NCBI GenBank assembly: GCA_038087875.1
Contig: CM075992.1
Coordinates: 5,210,001-5,274,000 of the forward strand
Source of the DNA: Malacoraja senta
Taxonomy: Eukaryota
Length of the DNA: 64,000 nucleotides
Reading direction: 5' to 3'
In this document: positions 52,972-64,000 of the stretch, piece by piece
Layout of the letters: each line of letters begins with the position of its first letter
Position numbering within the stretch: the stretch's first letter is position 1
Notes under the pieces: generated by a model
Seen by the model: only the letters and a program-made list of their open reading frames with translations
The model's database searches: none
What the model was told of the DNA's origin: nothing
Translations under genes and position numbers: made by a program

Positions 52972-55584
52972 TTTTTTTAAATCATAGCTGAACTCTAACA
53001 TGGGGTGAGTCGTTAAGATGGCGTAGAAAATGGCCCGAAAGTTGAGAAGTGGGATATTGTAAATAAAGACTGAAAATGCTGAAAATACTTAGCGGGTTTG
53101 GCAAAGATAAATAGAGTCAACATTTCACGTTTAAGATCCTTTATCATTTTCTGACCCTTCACAGATGCTGCCTGACATGATGAGTGTTTCCAGCATTTTA
53201 TCTCAGATTTCCACCATCTGCAGTTATCTTTCTCATATAGGATTTTTTGGTTAGCAGGATTACAATGGGCCAAATGGCCTCTTCCCAGGCTGTGTGTGCA
53301 ATGAATCTATGATTATCACAACCATCGGAAAATATCTTTAAGTAGGACAGAGAGAAAAAAAAAAACTTGGCGCAAAAGACACGACTGCCTGCCCTTGATT
53401 GAGAAGGTTGCCGTGGTAACACCAGTGCTCGCTGCAATAAAAAGATTCCAGCAACATGGAGAATTTTTCAGGCAGCCAATTTTTTCCCCGTTGAACTAGG
53501 AAGTGCCAGTTGGTCAATGAATGAGCCCGCGTTAGAAATTCACACTGCACTCTTCAAGATCCTGCAACTAATTCACTGTTTGTGTTGGCATTCGAAATGG
53601 CTCCCGTCCAGTTCTTCAAAGGGTTACTGCCTCGTAAACAATAGCAACTCCCTCCTCTGCACATCGCAACAATCAGTTACTGAATGTGGCACTTCCTATA
53701 AACACCATCAACTGGGTTGGCACAACCAGGATAGATGGGGGAGGGCGCTCTGCACGGATCCCATTGCAAGGTTTGTACCTTAGCAGCAATATCAGGGCAG
53801 GAGAGTCGTCACCATGTGCAAGAAGGAACAGCAGATGCTGGTTTAAACCAAAGATAGACACAAAATGCTGGAGCAACTCAGCGGGACAGGCAGCATTTCT
53901 GGAGAGAAGGAATGGGTGACGTTTTGGGTCGAGACCCTACTTCAGACTGATCAGTCCGAGTTACTCCAGCATTTTGTGTCTATCTTCAGCTCCTTCACAA
54001 TCCGTGCTCAAGGCGTGGCAGAGAACGGCCACCAAATCAAGCAACCTGTTGAGACTGTGATCTTTCCCATTCAGTAAGATGTGTCCTGACAAGAATAAGT
54101 TGTGTACAAGGACATTACGACATCACTGGGTCATTATACCATCTAGAAAGGCAAGTGTTTTGAAGCCTACTCCAGTTGCTTACTCATCGGCCTGCAGCTT
54201 TCTGGGTGGTATTTATCTTTCGTGCTGAGGGATTGAAACTAGAATTAAAGAATACAATAAATGACGAACAGGCAAAAAAGTGAGGTCACACCTAAAAGTT
54301 ACACAGCGTTTTACCAGGTATTATACTAATGGTTAAGAAAGCAAAGTAATGGCAAAGGCAGTGGAACCTCATTCAGCATTGCCAACTAATTAGATGCTCA
54401 ACGTAAAGGAAGATTGCATTTATATAGCAACTTTCATGAGGACCATTTACAACCAAAGGATTATGCAGATACTATCACAAGGTTTAAGAACAATTTAGAC
54501 AGGTACATGGATAGGATAGGTTTAGAGGGATATGGGCCAAACACAGGCAGGCGGGACTAGTTTAGTTGGTCGGTGTGGGCAAGTTGGGCTGAAGGGCCTG
54601 TTTCCATGCTGTATGACTGTGACAATGATATACCCTGTACCTGTTTGAAGTCAATGCAATATAGGAACATAACTGCCATTTTACACACAGCTAAACACCC
54701 TTGAACAATAGGGTTGAGCTGATCTAAATGTCAAGCTTAAGCTTCAACTTAAGGGTTTTCGCTGCTGAGTATTTATTACATGGACAAGGTAAGATGTGTC
54801 CATATATATTAGTGACTGTGGATCTCATGGAGTCAGACAGCATGGGAACAGGCCCTGCAGCCTAACCTGCCCACGCTGACCAAAAATGTCCCAGTTAAGC
54901 CAGTCCCACCTGTCCACATATGGCCCATATCCTCCGGCAGCTTGTTCCATATACCCACCACCCTCTTGTGTGAAGAAGTTCCTCCTCAGGTTCCAAGTAA
55001 AACCTGAACCCTCTGGTTGTTGCTTCCCGTACCCTGGATAAAATACACTGTGCATTCACCCCACCTGTTCTCTGCATGGTTTTATACACCCCTACAAGAT
55101 CACCCCTCACTCTCCTGCTGACTGCTGGTTGCTTCTTGCGTGTCCTGAATTTATTTCAAATTTCCAGCATATGTTGGGTTTTTTTAATGTTCGTGGAGTA
55201 AGAGCAAGTCATCTTTGACTTCAATAGAGCTGGAGGAAGAAAAGTGCACAAAGTGCTGGAGTAACTCAGTGGGTCAGGCAAGATCCTTGGAGAACATGGA
55301 TAGGTAACGCTTCCTGTCACCCTTCTTTGCACACCGATCCATGTTCTCCATAGATGCTGCCTGACCTGCTGAGTCACTCCAGCACTTTTGTCCTTGTGTG
55401 TAAACCAGCATCTGCAGTTCCTTGTTTCCACAGGAAGAAAAGTAGCTTTCCAAGGGTCATTATAAAGAACTCTACAACCATCTAAAGTATGACAGGCAGG
55501 CAATGTATTTTGCTGATAGATTCAAACAGCAATCAGCAAACCCAACTAATCTGTTCACAACTTCTGCACTTGGTTCGCCATTTA

Positions 55585-55887
55585 GGGGCGGCAGGGTGGC
55601 GCAGCGGTAGAGTTGCTGCCTTACCGTGCCAGAGGCCCGGGTTCGATCCTGACTATGGGTGCTGTCTGATTGTGCGTTCTCCCTGTGACCCAGTGGGTTT
55701 TCTCTGAATGTTCCGGTTTCCTCCCACACTCCAACGTTGCAGGTGTGTGGGTGAATTGGCTACCATTAAAATATTGTCCCTAGTGAGTAGGATAGAACAT
55801 GTGTGTGGGCGATTGCTGGTCGGCGCGGGCTTGGTGGGCCGAAGGGCCTGTTTCCACGTTGTATGCCCAAACTCTACTAAACTAAAC
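55585..55887 (+). mobile_element. HE1-like V-SINE
   Basis: A and B boxes, V-domain and CR1-like tail. Confidence 0.85.
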
Positions 55888-55959
55888 ACTTGGTTAGCCA
55901 TTTGTAAGATCATGTCCAAGGTCAACAGGACAGGCGACTTGAAGATTTGCTGATAAGTC

Positions 55960-56225
55960 TATATATACGGCTACGGGAGTCAAGACCATTCCGTCAACAG
56001 AGGGCTCGAGGCCCCCGACCGAGGAAGAACAAAAGGAAGGACTTGAACTTTATTTCGCCTTCCATCACAGTGAGGAATGTGTAGGAGTCACTGTGGTGGA
56101 TGTTCATGTTAAAATGTGTTTTTGAGTGATCTGTTGCTTTTAATTGTATGACTGACCTGGTCAATGAAATTCCTCGTATGTTGCGAAACATACATGGCGA
56201 ATAAAGTGTGATTCTGATTCTGATA
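55960..56225 (+). mobile_element. 5'-truncated hairpin-family retroelement
   Basis: Hairpin at 56061-56100. Tail gaaattcctcgtatgttgcgaaacatacatggcgaataaa followed by (attctg)n. Confidence 0.6.
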
Positions 56226-56534
56226 CCTAATTGTTATTAACCAATTCCAGTCATTAATAAATGCATGGCCATTTTGCAGATGCACAAAGGACCAGGGCAC
56301 AAACATTTGAACTTTGCACAGTGGTTTTGCAGAAGTCACATGCTAGTGGGACAACTATAATTTAACTGTGGTGAATTTAGTAAGTCAAAAATAACAGTTA
56401 GAATAAAAGTAATGATGTCACCCTGTAGACATTGAGGCAGATTTTCGACTGACATTTTGGATATTTTCCAGCACGTTAAACTTTCAGCATTGTAGGATTA
56501 GAAAGTGCACTGATGTATAGAGCACGCTACCGAA

Positions 56535-56810
56535 TGTTTCTTCTTACTGCTTAGGCCCCCTTCGGTCATGGCTGACCATGGGTGTCTCCAGGGTGCTATT
56601 CCCTGTATGGAGGGCACCTGTGCATGACTTTGTTTAACGTGGGGAGACTGGTGCACAGACAGCCACCCCACGGTCCTTGACAGATCTGGGTCAGGATCCA
56701 GTGGCGTGGAGTCCAAGACGACCGGAGACCCTTTCCTGCTGCAGCCTTCATCCGCCTTCCCAGCCGTTGTGACGCTCCACTAAGGTCAGCCATCGTCCTC
56801 CGCCTGTTAC
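56535..56810 (-). mobile_element. Probable RTE-clade LINE 3' end
   Basis: Remnant NRRRTMADLSGASQRLGRRMKAAAG and a 3' UTR ending in an (aag)-like tail. Family call is by recall only. Confidence 0.45.
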
Positions 56811-57173
56811 CGAATGTAAACTGGATCAACTAATAAAACACATCCATTCCTGTCACACAAAGTGTTGGAGTAACTCAGGTCAGTCGACATCTCTGGAGAA
56901 CACAGATAGGTGAATTTTTGGGCTGGGATCCTTCTTTAAACTTTTGGGTCAGAACATGGGAGTCGAGCAGGAGGAGGTGGGTTCCGACCCGAAACGTCAC
57001 CTATCCAAGTTCTCCAGAGATGCTGCCTGTCCCGCTGAGTTACTCCAGCATGTTGTGTCTGCCTTCGATTTAAACCAGCATTTGCAGTTCCTTCCTACAC
57101 AATCACCCGTACAGACTGGGAACGATTTACAGAAGCCAATTAGTCTACAAACCTGCATGTCTTTGGACAGTAC

Positions 57174-57513
57174 AGGGCCTGTCCCACGTACGCGATTTTT
57201 TCGGTGACTGGTCAGCGCCCGTCATCGTCGCAGCAGGTCACCGAAGATTTTCAACATGTTGAAAATCCAGCGGCAACCAGAAAAGGGTACGGTTCTTTGG
57301 GCAACTACTCATGACCATACAGGCGTCATCCTGTGTGGTCGCCTGTATGACCATACATGTCGCCTGTATGGTCGTGAGTAGTCGCCCAAAGAGTCGTACC
57401 TTTTCATGGTCGTCGCTGGATTTTCAACATGTAGAAAATTTTCGGCGACCTGCTGCGACTGTGACGGGTGCCGGCAAGTCGCCGAAAAAGATCGCGTAGG
57501 TGGGACAGGCCCT
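57174..57513. mobile_element. Harbinger-like MITE, family D
   Basis: TIR AGGGCCTGTCCCAC.TACGCGAT.TTTTCGG with an extensive internal palindrome. A truncated relative lies at 52415-52510. Confidence 0.82.
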
Positions 57514-58141
57514 TTACTGTCCAAAGACATGTAGGTTTGTAGTGGGACAGGCCCTTAATATATACCCTTAATATACCCTGAAAGTTGTAAAGTTGAAGCA
57601 ATGAAGAAACCACTCTGGTGGCTATTTCTCAGTAATAGATTCACACACTTTGAATCTCTCAAGCTGTTATAAAAAGAGATAAAAAAAGAAAAATCAAAGT
57701 GAAAAGGAAACATGGCCGGCACAACCTGCTGAGCATCTGTCTACAACTTATTGTGCCCCAAAACTGGTCTCTTAAACCACAGTGGGTCACAGAAACTGTT
57801 GTGGCACTGTGCACGCACAATATAAAGAGAACATTCCCCCAGAGTTTATCCTTTATCTGTGCACTGTGGACAGCTTGATTGTATTCATCTATAGTATTTT
57901 CTTCAACTGGAAACAAAAGCTTTCTGTACTTTGGAATATGTGACAATTAAACGAAAGTAAAACAACTAAACCGTGAGGCTGACAATAGTGTAGATGGTTT
58001 GGTGACCGAACAATTAATACCGTTGCAGGTACAGTGGCAGATTGTTTATTGTTTCGGTCACCCCGTTATATTAAGGATGTGGAGGCCTGAAGAGGGTGCA
58101 GAAGAGGTTTACCAGAATGTTGTTTGAATGAGAGGGTATTA

Positions 58142-59069
58142 AGCCCCCGTCCCACTGCCTGTCCCACTGTACGAGGTAATTCAAGAGCTCTTCCCGAGTT
58201 TAAAAAAAAAATCAAACTCGTGGTAAGCACGTAGAATGTACGTAGCGGGTACGTCGGAGCTCGGGACGTCTCTTAGCGGCTCGTAACGCTAACGGCAGGT
58301 ACTCGGGAAACGCGGTAAGCTCGGGAAGACTCGTGAAGATTTTTCAACATGTTGTGACACTGGTTTTTCAACATGTTGAAAAATGTCCACGAGAGCCCAC
58401 GAGCGGCTATTACCGTAATTCTCCGAGTTCGAATCAGGGGAAACTCAGGAGAACTCTTGAATTAGCTCGTACAGTGGGACAGCCCCTTTAGGCGATTTTC
58501 CTGGCGACTACAGGCGACTAGGCTGTCGCCACATGGTCGCGGGGTGACGCCTGTATGGTCGTGAGTAGTCTCCTCAAGTCGCCTAAAGAGTCGTAACGTT
58601 TTTCTGGTCGTCGCTGGACTTTGAAACGTTCAATACTTTTCGGCGACTGTGGCCTTGACGTAGCTTGTCTTCTCGCCAGGTGACGTTGGTTGTCGCCGGG
58701 TGCCGACTTCAGTGAATTCCATTGGCGACTACCTACATCAACCTACCTCAACCGGCGACAGGTACCGGCGACTGAATTGTCTTCAGTTGTCGCCGACAGG
58801 GTCGTAGCTTGTCGCGGTTGTCACGGGCTGACGTAGGTTGACTTTGGTTGTCGTAGATTGTCGCCTGTGTGGTCGTAGGATGTCGTAGGTGTGGTCGTAG
58901 GTGGGCGTCCTAATGGGTCGCCGGTTGTCGGTAGCTTGCCGTCGACTAGGTGGTAGGTTGTTGTAGCTTGTTGTAGACATTGTCGTGGGGGGTGGGGGGG
59001 GACCCAGTCGCCGAAAAAATCTACGAGTGTGACAGTCGCCGAAAAAGTTGCCTAGGTGGGACAGGCCCT
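58142..59069. mobile_element. Nested Harbinger-like MITEs (A-like inside D-like) within a CR1 fragment
   Basis: Outer TIRs with TTA TSD (58139-58141 and 59070-59072). The inner element (about 58157-58487) is inserted at the TTA within the outer left TIR. Confidence 0.8.
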
Positions 59070-61192
59070 TTAGATATAAGAAGAGTGTGGATAAACCTGG
59101 GTAAGAAGGAACTGCAGATGCTGGTTTAAACCGAAGATAGACACAAAATGCTGGAGTAACTCAGCGGGACAGGCAGCATCTCTGGAGAGAAGGAATGGGT
59201 GACGTTTCGGGTCGGGATCATATTGAATGGCGGTGCTGGCTCGAAGGGCCGAATGGCCTACTCCTGCACCTGTTTTGTATGTCTATGTTTCTAAAACATG
59301 CCAAGATTGCTGGGTAAGCTCATGAGGAGCAGGCACAGGCTCCAGACAGCAAGGAGGTGGCTGAGGGGGACTGGAGGGAGGGGGGAGGGGGGGAGGGGGA
59401 GATGGGAGAGACCAGATCCTCAACCTGATCTACATATTAAAGGCTTGCCAAACACCATCACCATAGGCCAGATGTCACCAACAGAGACGTCTCCATAGAT
59501 CCCTGCGTCGGAGTTTAGAGGCTTGGCGGCAATGAAAAGAATGAGAAACGACACAAAATGGAGCACCTCCCCCAGCCCTGTAAATACAGTGGGACCCAGA
59601 CAAACCCCGTCATGCACGCATCGGCATCAACCCCTTCCCTCCCAACCCACACAATCACGCTCAATCCTTCAGGAAAATCAAAAAGTTTGAAAGTAAAAGC
59701 ATTCTGCTCCCGCTTGTTGCAGCAACGCTTGCTTTAATGCTGAAACACATCATTTCACAGGGAAAAGGCAGAAGTTTCAATGTCAGCATTAAAGTTATGC
59801 AAGTCCGTAAGAATGCTTTTCATCCAAACACACAACGCAGTCTGAAGTTTCATAGCCTTGGCATCAATCACAAGTGACCTGGCTATATATAAATAACATA
59901 TCGGTTTGTATTTCACCCAAATTGTTGCATATCTCACCAAAACAGACACTAAATAAATGATTTTACTGATTTCATCGAGGTGGTAATGCAATGCAGTGTC
60001 CTCAAACCTAAATTTTATTCTGCAGTTTTTTCACCTGTTAAACTAAATCAGAATCAAGTCTGCATCACAAATGCTTAGACGAGTAGTTCACTGAGTCAAT
60101 AGACAATAGGTGCAGGAGTAGGCCATTCGGCCCTTCGAGCCAGCACCGCCATTCAATGTGATCGTGGCTGATCATCCCCAATCAGTACCCCGTTCCTGCC
60201 TCCTCCCCATATCCCCCGACTCCGCTATCTTTAAGAGCCCTATCTAGCTCTCTCTTGAAAGTATCCAGAGAACCGGCCTCCACCGCCCTCTGAGGCAGAG
60301 AATTCCACAGACTCACAACTCTGTGTGAAAAAACAGGCCGACTCCACACCAACTACCAAGCGCTCAGCCACACCGATTCTTTTAGTTTTTTCCCGTATTA
60401 CCATCAACTCCTCCCAAATCTGACCATTCACCCACATACAAGAGGCAACTTACGGCAGTCAATGGATCTACCAACCCACTCGTCTTTTGGATGTGGGAGA
60501 AAACCGGAGCGCCCGGAGCAAACCCACGGAGTATCGGAAAGAAAGTGAAAATTCCACCCAGCAACTGAGGTCAGGATTGAGCCTGGGTTTCCAGCTTCAT
60601 CAGCTTCACCACAGGGCCGCTCTAGCTCAGCTAATGTCTAGCAGTAAGATGGTATCTAGACTTTACTTTAGAAATACAGCGCAGAAACAGGCCCTTCGGC
60701 CCACTGAGTCCATGCCGACCAGCATCCCCATACACTAGCACTATCCTAGTTTTGCTTACTTTAGTTATTGTCAATTGTACCGAGGTTCAGTGAAAAGCTT
60801 TTGTCACATGCTAACCAGTCAGCGGAAAGACAATATATGATTACAATCGAGCCATTCAGAGTGTAGAGATAGAGGATAAAGGGAATAACGCTTAATGCAA
60901 GATAAAGTCCGATCACAGATAGTCCGAGGGTCTCCAATGAGGTAGATAGTAGTTCAGGACTGCTCTCCAGTTGTCCTTACACACTAGGGACAATTGACAA
61001 TTTTTACCAAAGCCAATTAACCTACAAACCTGCACATCTTTGGAATGTGGGAGGAAACCAGAGCACCCAGAGAAAACCCACACGGTCACGGGGAGAACGT
61101 ACAAACTCTGTACAGGCAGCACCCGTAGTCAGGATCAAACCGGTGTCTGGCACTGTAAGGCAGCAACTCTACCACTGCGCCACCATCTAGGG

Positions 61193-61417
61193 CAAGGGTT
61201 CCCAAACTGCGGTAAATTTACCCCAGGGGGGAAATCTCGCCTACCCAGGGCGTAGATTTGTTGATTCTGGATTTGTACATATTTTTTCTCATTGACTGAC
61301 TGTGTTTGGTTCTGGTATCTGTTCATCATTAGTTGGTCATAAATAAGTGAAATAACATTGTTATGTGCTATTAAAGTTGCCAGGGGTAAACGGGACGAAA
61401 AAGGTTGGGAACCCCTG
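61193..61417. mobile_element. hAT/Charlie-like MITE
   Basis: TIRs CAAGGGTTCCCAA / TTGGGAACCCCTG. 8-bp TSD atctaggg / atctagtg with the TCTAG core typical of Charlie elements. Confidence 0.85.
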
Positions 61418-62297
61418 ATCTAGTGGAAAGATTAGGGCGAGATACTGAAATGCAAATGTTAAAAAAAATGTGTTTTTACCGAGTTAACTCCCCTCAAGTT
61501 ATAAATAAATCAGGGTGATCTGCTGTCGGATGTTAAGAGGATCAGGATGAGGCAGTGGTCACCATCTGGCTCACGCTCAAACACCAAAGAGTCAGGAGGG
61601 GGAACGAAGGCATTAAATAGTCCTGCAGGCAAAGCCCAGAGTGAGCAATGGTCTCCGAGGAAGGGAGAGGTGAAAGCTGGTGAGGTGGGAGTTGGATAAT
61701 CATTCTCATGGGACACTCTGTCCCCGATGCAAGCTATCCTATTTACATAGTGCGTCTAGCTATCAATGTCAATGTCATGTCTGTCTGAGTACATGCTGGG
61801 ACCTGCTGGTGATGGTTCCACTCCGATCTCACCCATCAACATGAAGCGTATGGGCCCGGGCCCAACCAGCTCCACCTTATGAGGGCTCCGTACATTCAAC
61901 ACCATCGTCCCATTACATCCCTTCCACATAATGCTGGAGTAACTCAGCGGAACAGGCAGCATCTCTGGATAGAAGGAATAGGTGACGTTTCGGGTCGAGA
62001 CCATTTCTTTCACACGCATTCCTTCTCCCCTGAGATGCTGCCTGTCCCGCTGAGTTACTCCAGCTTTTTGTGTCCATCTTCGGTGTAAACCAGCATCTGC
62101 AGTTCCTTCCTACACATCGCTTCCACAATTCCGTCCGCTAGTCTGACCCAACCCTTCCCTTTGAACTGTGACCAACAACTATGCTCTCGCTGTAGGACAC
62201 AAGAATTTCACCTCGTCACAGTCGCATTGTTTACATTCTGGTGTGTACCAGCACTGACTTATTAAGGAGTATTTAGAGGCGTGTAGCGCGGAAACAG

Positions 62298-62442
62298 ACA
62301 GAGGTGTCCAGACAGAAATGTCCGAGAGTGGGCTCAACTGGGGAGACCTCGAAAAAACTGCCAACAACCGAGTGAGGTGGAGGACATTTGTCAATGGCCA
62401 ATGCTCCCTAGAGGAGCAAAGGGCTTAAGAAGAAGAAGAAGA
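62298..62442 (+). mobile_element. 5'-truncated RTE-clade LINE
   Basis: 13-bp TSD agcgcggaaacag (62285-62297 and 62443-62455). Encodes RGVQTEMSESGLNWGDLEKTANNRVRWRTFVNGQCSLEEQRA*, followed by an (AAG)n tail. Confidence 0.8.
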
Positions 62443-64000
62443 AGCGCGGAAACAGGCCATTTGGCCCAACACATCCATACTATGCCCCATCTAAGCTATT
62501 TCGATTTGCGTTTGGCCCATAGTTACATAGTTGAGTTTGGCCCATAAGTTACATAGAAGATAGAAGAGTACAGGTCAGCAACTGGCCCTTCGGCCCACAA
62601 TCTTCATGCTGAACATGAAGCCAAGTTAGACTAATCTCCTCTGCCTGCACGTGATCCATATCCCACAATTCCTTGCATACCCATGTGCCTATCCAAAAGC
62701 CTCAAATGCCAATATCACATCTGCCTCCACCACCATCCCTAGCTGAGCCGACCAGTCACCCACCATTCTGTATGAAAAAATACACCTGGAACACTGAGCA
62801 CAGTTTGCTTATAACACGGTCGGGACCTCCATCTTAAACAATGGGTACCAGGGTACAAGTGGAGGAGGGGATTGCCCATCAACTTGCATTGCCTGGCCTC
62901 TTGTTGCATAGCAACAAAGGGCAGGTGGCCAGGGTGAAACCTGCTCAGTAAAGAATGCTGCCTATTCTTCATTCACTGGAGAGGTTGAAAGCAGCTGATC
63001 CCATATCCCCCGCACATACTGCTAACTCTAAAACCACAGGCTCATTATCGTTTTTTCCTCACCTGCCTGATGTTGTAAAGCTTGTTGATGCTAATTAGTG
63101 GTTTCCTCTTTAAATATAATATGCAGTTCCTGCCTTAGACAGACGTGTGAACGAGTGAAGCGGGAGAAATATTTATCCAACCTCTACACAGACGGCTCTC
63201 CACAACGTCTCTGGACGGCACAGGGGCGGTATTGCTGCCTTACAGCGCCAGTGACCCGGGTTCAATCCTGACTATGGGTGTTGTCCGTACGGAGTTTGTA
63301 CATCGTCCCCTTGACCCCGTGGATTTTCTCCGGTTTCCTCCCACACTCCAAAGTCGTACAGGTTTGATAGACTAATTGGCATGGTAAAATTGTAAATTGT
63401 CCCTAATGCGTAGGATAGTGTCAACGTGCGATTATCGCTGGTCGGCACGGACTCAGTGGGCCGAAGGGCCTGTTTCCACGCTGTATCTCTAGAATCTAAA
63501 GTCTTCCTTTGTCTGAAATCATTCTTTGTACATTGTCCTTGGTGTGTAGGATAGTGTTAATGGTCAGGAATCGCTGGTCGGCACGGACTCGGTGGGCCGA
63601 AGGAGCTGTTTCCATGCTGTATCACTAAACTAAACTAAGACAGCACCCAAGGTCAGGATTGAACCTGGGATGTGGAACTGTGAGCCATGCCTGGGTGAGC
63701 ATGTCACATGACAATCATTGGCCCTCTGAAGCCATGATTGAGGCATCTTCCTGTCTTTTTTTGGAAATCATTGATCATGGCATAAAAACAGGTGGGACAA
63801 GGCGTAATGAGGATACAAACTGTTTTACATTTTGATGGAGCATTTCTTTTAAAAATAATTGACCCCAATGAGCAACTTGGAACTGCCTCAAAAAGGCAGC
63901 CAGCATGATCAGAGACCCATGCCACCCCGACCACGCTCTCATTTCCCTCCTTCCATTGGCAAGTAGAGGAGCCCGAAAACTGTAACGTCCAGGTTCAGGA

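Overview
Vertebrate genomic DNA, most likely from a cartilaginous fish. A shark/ray/skate origin is inferred from the HE1-like V-SINE and HER1/CR1-like LINE content. The only host gene is a minus-strand Notch receptor, best matching notch3. Ten internal coding exons lie between 29877 and 1144 (114, 114, 234, 111, 193, 146, 114, 120, 153 and 229 bp). All have GT-AG boundaries and compatible phases, correspond to NOTCH1 exons 9-18, and encode roughly EGF repeats 13-25 in Notch1 numbering. I found no upstream exon in 29.9-64 kb, a stretch that includes a 200-N scaffold gap. The rest is repeat-dense intron: CR1 LINE 3' ends, V-SINEs, L1/Tx1, RTE and Rex/Babar fragments, Harbinger-like and hAT-like MITEs, and mini/microsatellites. 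The most interesting signals are (1) about 30 short Penelope-derived insertions carrying minimal hammerhead-ribozyme-like motifs, often as fold-back palindromes with long variable TSDs or as tandem motif arrays; (2) a family of GC-rich non-autonomous retroelements sharing a conserved hairpin but carrying different LINE tails; (3) retention of the EGF21 exon that mammalian NOTCH3 lacks; and (4) a candidate SOX/RBPJ/DR3 intronic enhancer. Exon coordinates were read base by base. Repeat boundaries are approximate, and family names come from recognition rather than a database search.
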